Source of the DNA: Thermoplasmatota archaeon
GTDB lineage: Archaea > Thermoplasmatota > Poseidoniia > Poseidoniales > Poseidoniaceae
Reading direction: 5' to 3'
NCBI GenBank assembly: GCA_036160375.1
Contig: JAYYDY010000109.1
Location: forward strand, 1,677-65,676
Length of the DNA stretch: 64,000 nucleotides
In this document: positions 18,534-28,315 of the stretch, piece by piece
Position numbering within the stretch: position 1 is the stretch's first letter
Layout: each line of letters opens with the position of its first letter
Notes under the pieces: model-generated
Told to the model about the DNA's origin: nothing
Databases searched by the model: none
Seen by the model: only the letters and a program-made list of their open reading frames with translations
Program-made: the position numbers and the translations under genes

Positions 18534-20009
18534 TCATCCTTTGATGACGGTGAGCGGATTCATTCGAGCTACGGGCCGAGCGAGTCCCGCCTTTGCTGTC
18601 AATGCGATGACTTCGTCCACGTCCTTGTAGGCATCCGGTGCCTCTTCCGAAAGCACGTTCGGCGTTGAGGCATGGACCCGAATACCTCGCTCTTCCAGCA
18701 TCCGCTTCAGTGCCCTTCCATCTTGGGTTTTCTTGGCTTGGCTTCGTGAGAGCGCTCTTCCTGCTCCATGGCAAGATGAACCGAAGGCTGCGTTGCTCCC
18801 TTTTGAGGCACCAGCCATCAGCCATGAACCGTTGCCCATGTCGCCGGGGACGATGACCGGTTGACCTGTCGTCGCAAATTGGCTACCGATGTCGGGATGG
18901 TCGCCTCCGAACGCTCGTGTGGCGCCTTTTCGATGAACGCAACACGAACATGAGCGGCCGTGAATGACGTGCGTCTCCATCTTGGCGATGTTGTGTGCAA
19001 CATCGTACAGCGTCCTCGCTTCCCCGTCAACACCCATCTCCAAACGGAGAACGGTCCGCAAGCGTTCAGCCAAGACGGCTCGGTTGGCAAAAGCGAAGTT
19101 TGCAGCGGCATTCATTGAATCAAGGTAGGCTTGTCCTTCCGGTGAGTGGACGGGCGCGGCTGCCAGCTGCCGGTCGGGGAGTTCGTATCCCCATTGCTCG
19201 TTGTGCCAAACGCCTTCTTGGAGCTTGTACCCTGCCTCAAGTCGTCGAACATGGTCCGTGCAAACTTGATGGCCGAGTCCTCGACTTCCCGAGTGAATCA
19301 TGGCGACGACTTGGTCCTCAAACAACCCCCATGCCTTTGCCGTCTGTTCATCAACCACGTTGCCCACGGTTTGCAGTTCAAGGAAGTGGTTTCCACTTCC
19401 GAGCGTTCCAAGTGAACGCAGCCCACGCTCCCGTGCACGCTGAGACAGATTGGCTTCCTCTGTTTCGAGGAGGCCTTGCGATTCAAGATGGTTCAAGTCT
19501 TCGTGAAGTCCGTAACCCAAATCAACGGCGGCATGCGCACCTCGTTGAAGCAGTTCGTTGAGATCTTGATGACCGATGTCAACACCACCCTTTCCGGAGC
19601 CTCCGGCAGGGATTCTCCCCGCTAACCGTCCTGCGAGTTTCTTGAGGTTCGGAATGTCCTCAGCTGTCGCTTCAAGGGCGAGAAAGCGCACACCGCAATT
19701 GATGTCGAAGCCCACCCCTCCGGGCGATACAGCACCCCCAAGTTCGCCAGCCTCGGTGTCGGTGGCGACCACGCCCCCGATGGGGAATCCGTAGCCGTAA
19801 TGCCAGTCGGCCATGGCCCATGCTTCCCCAACGATGCCTGGGAGTGCTGCCGTGTTGACGAGTTGTTCAGGACCTCTGTCATCGGCGTGTCGTTTCATGT
19901 GGGCGGCATCCGTGACCAATCGGGCGTCGGTCTTCATCATGCCGTGGGCTTTGATGCGCATGGTACCGTCACCCTCGTCAACGAGGTGCTGGCGCCACGC
20001 ATCTTCCAT
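18534..20009 (-). CDS. rtcB: RNA-splicing ligase RtcB
   Basis: GGVGFDINCGVR, GSGNHFLELQ, IHSGSRGLGHQV and the C-terminal CHGAGR motif are the RtcB metal- and GMP-binding signatures. No intein is present. Confidence 0.95.
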   Translation of the reverse strand: MEDAWRQHLVDEGDGTMRIKAHGMMKTDARLVTDAAHMKRHADDRGPEQLVNTAALPGIVGEAWAMADWHYGYGFPIGGVVATDTEAGELGGAVSPGGVGFDINCGVRFLALEATAEDIPNLKKLAGRLAGRIPAGGSGKGGVDIGHQDLNELLQRGAHAAVDLGYGLHEDLNHLESQGLLETEEANLSQRARERGLRSLGTLGSGNHFLELQTVGNVVDEQTAKAWGLFEDQVVAMIHSGSRGLGHQVCTDHVRRLEAGYKLQEGVWHNEQWGYELPDRQLAAAPVHSPEGQAYLDSMNAAANFAFANRAVLAERLRTVLRLEMGVDGEARTLYDVAHNIAKMETHVIHGRSCSCCVHRKGATRAFGGDHPDIGSQFATTGQPVIVPGDMGNGSWLMAGASKGSNAAFGSSCHGAGRALSRSQAKKTQDGRALKRMLEERGIRVHASTPNVLSEEAPDAYKDVDEVIALTAKAGLARPVARMNPLTVIKG

Positions 20010-20129
20010 GGTGTGGGCTCTCCGGTATCGGATTTGAGACTTTTTGCTGATGATTCACGGTCTCCGGGAACACAGCCTTGAAGGGGGGCCTTTGCTTGGA
20101 GGGACTGTTCACCTTGTGGAGATGATTTG

Positions 20130-22976
20130 ATGTCCCTGCCTCCCATTGACCTTGCTGTGTTCCACGAGAACGGCTACGTTCGCAAGCAATGCCGGGTTAC
20201 CAACCTTTGGTTTTGGACCACCGATGATGAGCGGGACACCTGCGGTGATACCTCTGAAGACGAGTACACGTTCATCGGCGCTCCGCTGATCGCCGGCTTT
20301 GACCAGCGTGGAAAAGCCCTCAAAGACGCCATGCGTGAAGCGTTTCTCGGCTTTTTCGAGGCGGCTGACCACACCCGTATTGACCCCTACCCGGTGCTGG
20401 CTCGCTGGCGTGATGACATTCACCTCACCATCGCTTCCATCGCGGATTTTCAACCGCACGTGACCTCCGGCTCGGTTGACCCACCCGCCAATCCACTGAC
20501 CGTCTCACAGCCTTGCATTCGACTGACCGACGTCGACGCTGTGGGCCGCTCTGGTCGCCATCTGACCACCTTCGAAATGATGGCCCACCACGTGTTCAAT
20601 CGCCCAGATGAAGGGCTGGAAATCTACTGGATGGAAGCATGCGTCGAACACTGCCACCGAATGCTGACGGAGACCTTTGGGATTGACGCCAGCGAAGTCA
20701 CCTACGTGGAGAACCCTTGGTGCGGCGGTGGCAACGCAGGAGCCGCCGTCGAGGTCATTGTGGGCGGGCTTGAACTGGCCACCCTCGTCTTCATGGACAT
20801 GGAGGAGCACCCCGACGGGGATGTCGAACTCAAAGGTGACACCTACCGAACCATGCCACTGCAAATCATCGACACCGGCTACGGCTTGGAACGTTTTTGT
20901 TGGGCTGCGGCTGGAACGCCGACCATTTACGAAGCCATCTATCCGGAAACCGTCGACTGGCTGAAGGAACTCGCTGGCTTTGACCAGGTCACCAGCCGTT
21001 GGCCTTCCCTCGACCTGGACGAGCTGCTCGGTGAAATGTCCCGCTTGAACGGCATCATGAACATCGAAGCAGGGGTTGACGGCGACCAACTGGTCAACCT
21101 GTTTTTGTCCAAACTCAAGGAACGCGGCGTGGAATTGACGGCCGAGCAGTTCTCGTCGGTAACCGAGCCACTGGCCAACATCTATGCCATTCCCGACCAC
21201 CTTCACGCGCTGTGCAACATGCTCGGCGATGGTCTTGTTCCTTCCAATGCAAAGGCGGGTTACCTCGCACGCATGCTTGCACGAAGGGTCCTTCGCATGC
21301 GAGATGAACTCGGCATTGATGTTTCCCTTCCGGACCTTGCCCAGCATCATCTCGACATCAATCTGGGTGGTCACCTCAACAAACAGACCGAGGCTGGCTT
21401 GCTTACCATTCTGGCCTTGGAAGAGGAACGCTACGCTGAGATGTTGCGAAAAGGTACGAACGTCATCCAAACCCAACTCAAATCCGTTCCCAAGGACAGC
21501 GATCTTATTCCTGATGACCACCTGTTCACCATGAACGATTCTCACGGGCTTGCGCCCGACATGGCCATCACGCTGGCTCGCAACGCAGGTTGGAACAACG
21601 TCACTCTGCGAACAGGGTTCTCTGCTGAAATGGCAGAGCGGCATGCTCGGCTGGCGAAAGAAGCCGCCAGTGCAGATGCCACGGTCGTTAGTTCGCTTGA
21701 TGTCACTTCCCTCCCTGCCACAACTGCGCTTTACTACGATGCTGTGTATCAGCCCTCCTTCGACGCACACGTCCTCGCTTGCTTGCCCGCTGGAGGGCAG
21801 GGTCCGGAGGGTTCAACCCATGCCGTGGTGCTCGATGCTACGCTGTTCTATCCCGAGGGTGGAGGCCAAGAAGCCGACCGTGGGACCTTGGCTCAGGCCG
21901 GCACCACCGCCAACGTGCTCGACACACAGAAAATTGGCGATGTCATCGTTCACTTCACCGACCAACTCGTCGATGTTGATGCACCCGTCCAAGGTCACCT
22001 TGATTGGAAACGAAGGAAGCAACTCATGGACCATCACACGGCGGTCCACATCGTTGGCGGTGCTGCGCGTCGCCTGTTAGGGCCTCACATCTTTCAAGCA
22101 GGTTCCCACCTCTCTGTCGAGAGCGGCCGCCTTGATATCACGCACTACCACCGGCTCACGCGAGCCGATTTGGACGCCATGGAAGACATGGCGAATGCGG
22201 TGTTGGCAGACGTTCGCCATACGGAAAAAACCGAGCTCAATCGAAAAGATGCGGACTTGATTCACGGATTCGACCTCTATCAGGGCGGTGCGCCAAAGGG
22301 CGATTCCATTCGCATTCTGAAAATAGCCGAGCACGATATCCAAGCCTGCGGTGGTACGCATCACGACGAGCCGGGCCAAATTGGGTCCATCCGAATCGTT
22401 CGCTCCTCTGCCGTTCAGGACGGGGTGGAACGTCTCCACATCGTTGCGGGTGAAGCAGCCCTCAATTACGCCCGTTCACAAGACGCACTCGTTCGAGCCT
22501 CAAGCGAGGTGTTTGGTGTGCACAGTGACGATTTGCCAAAGGCTGCCGCACGCTTTTTCAAAGAATGGAAAGAGCAGCGCAAATTGATTGAGCAACTTGA
22601 ATCTGAAATCGTTCGTCTCCGAACATCGGGGGGCGGCGATGCGTCAACCGAGGTGGACGGTGTACGTGTGGTTGTGATGGAGATTGATGGTGACCTCAAA
22701 TCCATGACCACGATGCTTAAGGAATTGACATTGGATGCCTCCAAACCCACCTTGGCGGTGCTGGGCTCAAGGGATGGAGGCGGTAAACTCATGATTGCCG
22801 CCACCGAAAACACCGTCGCCAGCGAACGGTACAATGCCGTCGATTTGCTCCGTTCCATTTCGCCCCACATCAAGGGAGGAGGCGGTGGAAGACCGACGTT
22901 TGCTCAGGGCGGCGGTTCGCATGCTGATGGCTTGGACGATGCCCTCGATGCCGCACGGTCGGCGTTGGGTGTCTGA
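20130..22976 (+). CDS. alaS: alanine--tRNA ligase, archaeal type
   Basis: Archaeal AlaRS N-terminus (FHENGYVRKQC...WFWT), editing-domain HxxxH (HTAVHIV) and CGGTH, and a C-terminal DHHA1-like GGGGGRPTFAQGGG. ATG at 20130 follows an in-frame TTG. Confidence 0.95.
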   Translation: MSLPPIDLAVFHENGYVRKQCRVTNLWFWTTDDERDTCGDTSEDEYTFIGAPLIAGFDQRGKALKDAMREAFLGFFEAADHTRIDPYPVLARWRDDIHLTIASIADFQPHVTSGSVDPPANPLTVSQPCIRLTDVDAVGRSGRHLTTFEMMAHHVFNRPDEGLEIYWMEACVEHCHRMLTETFGIDASEVTYVENPWCGGGNAGAAVEVIVGGLELATLVFMDMEEHPDGDVELKGDTYRTMPLQIIDTGYGLERFCWAAAGTPTIYEAIYPETVDWLKELAGFDQVTSRWPSLDLDELLGEMSRLNGIMNIEAGVDGDQLVNLFLSKLKERGVELTAEQFSSVTEPLANIYAIPDHLHALCNMLGDGLVPSNAKAGYLARMLARRVLRMRDELGIDVSLPDLAQHHLDINLGGHLNKQTEAGLLTILALEEERYAEMLRKGTNVIQTQLKSVPKDSDLIPDDHLFTMNDSHGLAPDMAITLARNAGWNNVTLRTGFSAEMAERHARLAKEAASADATVVSSLDVTSLPATTALYYDAVYQPSFDAHVLACLPAGGQGPEGSTHAVVLDATLFYPEGGGQEADRGTLAQAGTTANVLDTQKIGDVIVHFTDQLVDVDAPVQGHLDWKRRKQLMDHHTAVHIVGGAARRLLGPHIFQAGSHLSVESGRLDITHYHRLTRADLDAMEDMANAVLADVRHTEKTELNRKDADLIHGFDLYQGGAPKGDSIRILKIAEHDIQACGGTHHDEPGQIGSIRIVRSSAVQDGVERLHIVAGEAALNYARSQDALVRASSEVFGVHSDDLPKAAARFFKEWKEQRKLIEQLESEIVRLRTSGGGDASTEVDGVRVVVMEIDGDLKSMTTMLKELTLDASKPTLAVLGSRDGGGKLMIAATENTVASERYNAVDLLRSISPHIKGGGGGRPTFAQGGGSHADGLDDALDAARSALGV

Positions 22977-23696
22977 TCACAACAAACTTCGAAGTGCCTC
23001 TCGGTCGAAGTGTGAAACGGCTTGACGGAATGCATCCTGTGGCGTGAACCAAGCGGCTTCCGAAATCTCCTCGGTTTGAAGGGTGAGTTGGTCGAGGTTT
23101 CCGCCCCACGTTGAACGATAGGTGAACGAGACAAACGAAATGCCTTCGTCGTTGAAGATGTTTTGCGTGATGACGGGGTCAACGTCATCAAGCACAATGG
23201 TGAGCCCAAGTTCCTCAAGTGTTTCTCGAACGCAGCCAACGGCCGGATGCTCATCGTGGTCCATGTAACCGCCGGGGAGTGTCCAGAACCCCCTGAAATG
23301 GCCTCGCTCAACTTTCGCCATCAGGACATGACCGGAATCATTGCACACCATGACCTTTGAAACAAGTCGATGGATGGACCGGTAGATGGCATCACGAGCG
23401 ACGGGATGGACGGCGTTGTCAGCGGCACAGGCGTCTTTCCATGCCCAATCCATTGGCCAGGCAATCTTCGGGTAGGCTTTCACCACGTTGAATTCAGCAC
23501 CGCTGTACCGGAGGCAGAGGAGGTTTTTTTCCTCAAATTCTATTCCCATGGTTTTCACTTCGGAACGCGTGGGAAACCGCAGGCTGACGTCGGTTTCGAA
23601 GCGCCCTTTGACGGGTTGGAGGGGGCCATTTCCACGTTCGTCGACCAACAGCACCTTCCCATCGTGCTCCAGGTAGACAACCTCGGAGGGGTGCAT
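22977..23696 (-). CDS. NUDIX hydrolase with an approximately 110-aa N-terminal extension
   Basis: Nudix box GFWTLPGGYMDHDEHPAVGCVRETLEELGL (GX5EX7REUXEEXGU). Confidence 0.8.
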   Translation of the reverse strand: MHPSEVVYLEHDGKVLLVDERGNGPLQPVKGRFETDVSLRFPTRSEVKTMGIEFEEKNLLCLRYSGAEFNVVKAYPKIAWPMDWAWKDACAADNAVHPVARDAIYRSIHRLVSKVMVCNDSGHVLMAKVERGHFRGFWTLPGGYMDHDEHPAVGCVRETLEELGLTIVLDDVDPVITQNIFNDEGISFVSFTYRSTWGGNLDQLTLQTEEISEAAWFTPQDAFRQAVSHFDREALRSLL

Positions 23697-23742
23697 GCCT
23701 CGTCCACATCTCCGTCGGTCAAGAACCCTCGCTCGTCATTGC

Positions 23743-24948
23743 TCATTCCTTGGGATGCTCAATTTCTGTCGGTTCAGGAAGCGTCGCTTGAAGGGTCTCA
23801 GCGACTTTGAGTTCTTCCAATCGTCGGGCTTGCGGTAAGACCATTCGTCCGTAGGATGACATGGTGGCGTTGAAGGCGGTGGCTGCTTTCGAGAGGTGCC
23901 CACCGACCTTGGTGAGGTGCTCCATGGTCTTGTTCATCCGCTTGTAGAGTTCGCGTGAGACTTCGTAGATTTCGTTAGCACCTTCGGCCAAAGCGTGTTG
24001 CTGCCAATACAGGGCCACGGTTCTCAGCAAGCCAAGCATCGTGACAGGTGTGGCAATGAGCACGGATTTGCTCATGGCGTAATCCATCAAATCCGCATCC
24101 ATCGAAAACGCAGCGGCCGCCATGGCTTCACTTGGGATGAACATGACAACATGATCGAATTCACCCTCGATGGTTTCTTGGTATGCCTTTTTGCTCAATT
24201 CTGCAATCCTGCCACGCATGGCCTTGGCGTGTTTGTTCAACAACACGGTCTGTTCCTCACCCGGCTCGAGTTCAGCCGCTTGAAGAAAATGAGCGCCGGT
24301 TGCTTTGGAGTCGATGGGAATGACGCCGCTGTCTGGCAATCGGACCACGAAATCCGGTCGACTGCCGTCAGCGAGGGTCGTTTGCTCATCAAAATCGATG
24401 TTTTCGCTCATTCCGGCCATTTCGAACAACCGTCGAAGTTTGACTTCACCCCAGTTGCCACGTGCTTGGCTCGAAGTGGTCAACGCAGTTGAGAGTGCCG
24501 TGGTGCGGGTGGACAGTGATTCTGTTTTTTCTCCCAGTTCCCTGAGGTGGCGCTTGATGCCCTCATAGGCTCCTGCACGCTCTTTTTCCATTTCTGCATT
24601 CATGATGGTGAGTTTTGCCATTTCCTCTTGAATGGGCTTGACAAGGTTAGCGACCTCGAGCTTGCGTAGCTCCAATTCATGGGCCGCCTCTTGTTGTTGA
24701 TTGACGAGCTTTGCTTGAGCCATTTCGAGAAATCGGGTGGAATTTTCCTTGCCGATTTTGATGGCGATGTTTTCCACCTCTGCTCTGATCCGTTGTTCGT
24801 TCCCTTCCGCACTGGCCTCGCTAGCCCGAAGTCGCTCCTCAGCCCGGATGAGTTGCCCCGAGAGGGATTGCTTGGCGAGCAGCCATCCAATGGAGGCACC
24901 GATAGCGAGGCCTGCGAGGAGGAGTCCGTATTCAACGAGCGCTGTCAT
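23743..24948 (-). CDS. rmuC: DNA recombination protein RmuC
   Basis: N-terminal TM helix, a long coiled coil, then the nuclease core RPDFVVRLPDSGVIPIDSKA ... VMFIPSEA. Start taken at MTALVEYGLL (24948). Confidence 0.85.
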   Translation of the reverse strand: MTALVEYGLLLAGLAIGASIGWLLAKQSLSGQLIRAEERLRASEASAEGNEQRIRAEVENIAIKIGKENSTRFLEMAQAKLVNQQQEAAHELELRKLEVANLVKPIQEEMAKLTIMNAEMEKERAGAYEGIKRHLRELGEKTESLSTRTTALSTALTTSSQARGNWGEVKLRRLFEMAGMSENIDFDEQTTLADGSRPDFVVRLPDSGVIPIDSKATGAHFLQAAELEPGEEQTVLLNKHAKAMRGRIAELSKKAYQETIEGEFDHVVMFIPSEAMAAAAFSMDADLMDYAMSKSVLIATPVTMLGLLRTVALYWQQHALAEGANEIYEVSRELYKRMNKTMEHLTKVGGHLSKAATAFNATMSSYGRMVLPQARRLEELKVAETLQATLPEPTEIEHPKE

Positions 24949-25027
24949 GCACAAACAATCACGACGACGGTATATGATGAATCCCCTGACATCAACGTTC
25001 AAATCATGCCTGCCCCTCGCAGTCACT

Positions 25028-25738
25028 ATGCGTTTTGAACAGTTGAACGAGGGTGTTTGGGCCATGACTTACCTCATTGTCGACGAAGCAACCAACCAAG
25101 CAGCCTTGGTCGACCCTGGGTACGATTTCATGCAACAGTATGTTGACCTCGTTGAGAAGGACGGTCTCACCTTGACGTACGTCATCGCAACGCACACCCA
25201 TGCCGACCACATCACGGCCTGCTTCACCCTGCAAGAACGGTACAACTGCGAATACGTCATGTCGACCGAAACGGCGAGTCTTGGCGTGACCATGCACGTT
25301 GAGGACGAGGAAAAGATCATGCTCGGTTCCATTCCCATTCAGTTCCATGCCGCCCCAGGGCACACCAACGATTCCATGATCGTCCACGTCCCCGGCTACA
25401 TGATGACAGGCGACTTCCTGTTCAATGGTGCCGGAGGTGTTGGCCGAGACGATTTGCCCAGTGGTCGGATTCACGTTCATTGGGACGCCCTTCAAGTTCT
25501 TTCGCGATTCGAAGGATCGACCGTGGTGTGTTCGGGGCACGATCCTCCCGGTACCGAGATGATGTCGTTGGATTGGAACAGAGACCACAACCCTATTTTG
25601 TCCATGACCTCCTATGAGGAGTTCAAAACCTGGCAGGATGAAACGGCGGCAAAACTCGGAAGCGTCTCCAAGATCAAAACGGCCATCCCAGCCAACCTGT
25701 TTGGCGAGTTGCCAGAACGCATTCCCTGGCTTGAATGA
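25028..25738 (+). CDS. MBL-fold metallo-hydrolase (glyoxalase II-like)
   Basis: ATHTHADH (HxHxDH), APGHTNDS and SGHD motifs. Start taken at MRFEQLNEGVW; the longer ORF from 24737 overlaps rmuC. Confidence 0.8.
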   Translation: MRFEQLNEGVWAMTYLIVDEATNQAALVDPGYDFMQQYVDLVEKDGLTLTYVIATHTHADHITACFTLQERYNCEYVMSTETASLGVTMHVEDEEKIMLGSIPIQFHAAPGHTNDSMIVHVPGYMMTGDFLFNGAGGVGRDDLPSGRIHVHWDALQVLSRFEGSTVVCSGHDPPGTEMMSLDWNRDHNPILSMTSYEEFKTWQDETAAKLGSVSKIKTAIPANLFGELPERIPWLE

Positions 25739-25740
25739 GC

Positions 25741-26976
25741 CTATTTCTTCAACGGATTTTCCGGTGCCTTGGTGTCCACCGGGATGCTGGGTAAATTTTG
25801 CAGGTCTTCGAAACTCATTTGTTGCCTTGCTGCCGTGTCAAACGCCGTGAGGCGCTCATCCATGCCCATTCGGACATTGAAATCAATGCGGCCTTTGGTC
25901 CGGGTGAGGTCGTAGGACAGCGGGTCCAGGTACTCGATCACTTGCACTTCGAAATCCTGACGAACGCGCGCTCCACGCCACGATGAATACCCCCACCGAT
26001 AGGAGATGCCAACAACGGCCGCACCGTAGAGAAGCGTGAGCACCACCGTGGCGAAGAGGACGGGGTTCCCGTCCACGTCTCGTGATTCCTCAAGCAGGTT
26101 GCGACCCAGCAAGAACAGCAACCCGATGCCCACCACCGGATTGAGCACACCTTCGAGCCACTGGTTGACCGGGACCAACCGCCCTTTGGCGGGATCGACA
26201 AAGACGAGGTCGGCTTCAAACGCGGTGTTGAGCACCGAGAGGATGGAGAGCAAGACCATGTAGAGCAGGGAGGACACGATCAGTTCCACGGTCCATGAAT
26301 CAAGGTCCAGCACCCAGTGTACGATCAGCCAAGCAAACAGGCCCAAAAATGCAGCTTGTGGAACATAGTTGAAATGTTCAATGTGTTGTGAGAATTCCGT
26401 CAGTGAACGCCGTTGCTCTTTGTTTCCTCGATGGGGTTTGGGGATGTGAATGACCTGCCAGTGCAGCAACCGCTCGATGGTTTTGAGCGCCAAAATAAGC
26501 AGGCGCTGCCGAATCAAGAGGTATTCCATGAACAACATGAAGGGGAAACCGATGAGGATGAGAGGCAAGGCCATGATGGCGGATAAGGGGAGAATCAGCA
26601 GGGCGGGAAGGAGCAAAAAGTGCGACAGCGTGAGCGGATGAAGCAATTCAGCTTCGATGAGCCGTTGCTTAGCGGGTGGGATGCGGAGGTTACGAGCGAT
26701 GTCGTCGAGGGTTTGCGAGAAGGATGCGACTTGGTGTCCCGAATCCACAATTTGTCGAACCACCGTTCGGTACTCCGAAACTTCATGCCCGACCCCGACC
26801 CAAAACTGCCAAGCAAGCCGCATTGGTAGGGCGAGAAGCAGGGGTAGAGCCAGAATACCTGCGCCCCACAGCAACTCTTGCAGTTCGGTTGCCACGGACC
26901 TTCCCCGTGCTTGCCACTCAGCAGGGGTTGTTGAAAACAGCGGTTCATTTCGTCCACAAACCCAATGTTCTAACAC
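25741..26976 (-). CDS. hypothetical polytopic membrane protein
   Basis: Multiple hydrophobic helices and no recognised motif. The ORF top to 27114 overlaps the serA-like gene. GTG at 26976 is a plausible start (uncertain). Confidence 0.5.
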   Translation of the reverse strand: MLEHWVCGRNEPLFSTTPAEWQARGRSVATELQELLWGAGILALPLLLALPMRLAWQFWVGVGHEVSEYRTVVRQIVDSGHQVASFSQTLDDIARNLRIPPAKQRLIEAELLHPLTLSHFLLLPALLILPLSAIMALPLILIGFPFMLFMEYLLIRQRLLILALKTIERLLHWQVIHIPKPHRGNKEQRRSLTEFSQHIEHFNYVPQAAFLGLFAWLIVHWVLDLDSWTVELIVSSLLYMVLLSILSVLNTAFEADLVFVDPAKGRLVPVNQWLEGVLNPVVGIGLLFLLGRNLLEESRDVDGNPVLFATVVLTLLYGAAVVGISYRWGYSSWRGARVRQDFEVQVIEYLDPLSYDLTRTKGRIDFNVRMGMDERLTAFDTAARQQMSFEDLQNLPSIPVDTKAPENPLKK

Positions 26977-26996
26977 CTTCGGAGGAGCCACGGTCC

Positions 26997-27980
26997 ATGG
27001 CCCGTATCGCCGTGACCGATGGGATGGATGAAAAGGCCGTTCAACGGCTCGAGAAAGCCGGACACGAGGTCGTGCTGGAGCACATCGCTGCCGCCGATCT
27101 TCTCGGTGGGGCACTGGATGCCTTCGATGCGATCATCATCCGTAGTGCCACCAAACTTCCTGCCGAGGTGCTCGAGGCCTCTGGCGACCGTCTCAAGGTG
27201 ATCGGTCGTGCAGGTGTTGGCGTCGACAACATCGATTTGGCGGCAGCCGGTGCGCGGGGCATCAGCGTCGTGAACGCCCCGCGTGCCAGCACCCAGTCGG
27301 TGGTTGAACTGACCCTCGGTCATCTCCTCGCGTCGATTCGACACCTGCCCCGGGCAGACCGCTCCCTCCGAGAAGGTAAGTGGGAAAAGAAGGCGATGAA
27401 GGGCTCAGAATTGTCCGGCAAAGCCCTCGGTCTCATCGGGTTTGGTCGAATCGCTCAGTCGGTGGGCCGTGTTGCGCAAGCGATTGGCATGGAAGTTCAC
27501 GCCTATGACCCGTACCTTCCACCTAAAATTGCGAAAGCACAGGGCACGCGGCTTCACAAAACCGTGGACGCCCTCTTTTCCAACTGCACGCACGTGTCCA
27601 TTCACTGCAACCTGACCGATGAAACACACCACTTGGTCAACGCTGAGCGACTGGCCTCCATGCCACACATTGGCAAAGATGGCGCCCGATGCGGCAGCCA
27701 CATCATCAATTGCGCCCGGGGTGGAATTGTGGACGAGCAGGCCGTGCTTGAGGCGCTGCAGTCCGGCACGCTCACCTCAGCCGCCCTTGATGTGTTTGAA
27801 CAGGAGCCGGTGGACCCAAATCACCCACTGCTCCAAATGGAACATTTTCACGGTACGCCTCACATTGGAGCGTCAACCGTTGAAGCCCAAGGGCGCGTTG
27901 GCATGGACATTGCGACCAATGTCATGGACGTGCTCAAGGGGCGAACCTGTGACTTCGTCGTGAATCGAGAGCACCTCTAG
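26997..27980 (+). CDS. D-isomer-specific 2-hydroxyacid dehydrogenase (short phosphoglycerate dehydrogenase-like, no ACT domain)
   Basis: MARIAVTDGMDEKAVQRLE, NAD motif GLIGFGRIAQSVGR, catalytic INCARGGIVDE and TPHIGAST. GGAGG lies 11 nt upstream of ATG 26997. Confidence 0.85.
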   Translation: MARIAVTDGMDEKAVQRLEKAGHEVVLEHIAAADLLGGALDAFDAIIIRSATKLPAEVLEASGDRLKVIGRAGVGVDNIDLAAAGARGISVVNAPRASTQSVVELTLGHLLASIRHLPRADRSLREGKWEKKAMKGSELSGKALGLIGFGRIAQSVGRVAQAIGMEVHAYDPYLPPKIAKAQGTRLHKTVDALFSNCTHVSIHCNLTDETHHLVNAERLASMPHIGKDGARCGSHIINCARGGIVDEQAVLEALQSGTLTSAALDVFEQEPVDPNHPLLQMEHFHGTPHIGASTVEAQGRVGMDIATNVMDVLKGRTCDFVVNREHL

Positions 27981-28045
27981 CACTTTCACTTTCATCCTCT
28001 GGGGTCTTGCATAAGCATCCCTTGCTTGTTGGCTCTCAAACGGTT

Positions 28046-28315
28046 ATGGGTCGAAGTGTGCCGTCGTGGAGAATGCGGGTTGAGAATGAATTGCAGAACT
28101 TGGCGCCGTACCGTCGCGCCTTGACTCCGATGGACCGTGAGGCCTTTGACGCCTTGCTCAACGAAGTCCGTGAACGGAGAACAGCGGGGGGGCTCCTTCC
28201 GACACTGAACACATGGCAACCGGCTGTGCTCAGCATGTTGGTCGGGTTGATGTCGGAATTGAACCGGGTTTCTGCTCGACTTGAAGCCCTTGAGGGACGG
28301 CATGGCGATGATTGA
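28046..28315 (+). CDS. small alpha-helical protein, translationally coupled to the family-B polymerase
   Basis: ENELQNLAPYRRALTPMDREAFDALLNEVRERR...LSMLVGLMSELNRVSARLEALE. The stop (28313-28315) overlaps the polB start codons (ATG 28302 or 28308). First ATG is at 28046; the ORF track starts at TTG 28007. Confidence 0.5.
   Translation: MGRSVPSWRMRVENELQNLAPYRRALTPMDREAFDALLNEVRERRTAGGLLPTLNTWQPAVLSMLVGLMSELNRVSARLEALEGRHGDD

Noticed and set aside
20505-21770. A 421-aa minus-strand ORF.
   Set aside because: It is antisense to the well-supported alaS gene and has no recognisable motifs. It is a typical GC-rich shadow ORF. The same reasoning applies to 34102..35364 (antisense to valS), 29403..30260 (polB), 59694..60638 (topA), 40836..41939 and 42045..42845 (the membrane/TPR gene), 10342..11076 (proDH), 11269..12048 (the Zn-ribbon gene) and 38696..39634 (the aminotransferase).
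24737-25027. Upstream extension of the MBL-hydrolase ORF.
   Set aside because: It is antisense to the rmuC N-terminal coding region. The MBL fold begins at MRFEQL (25028).
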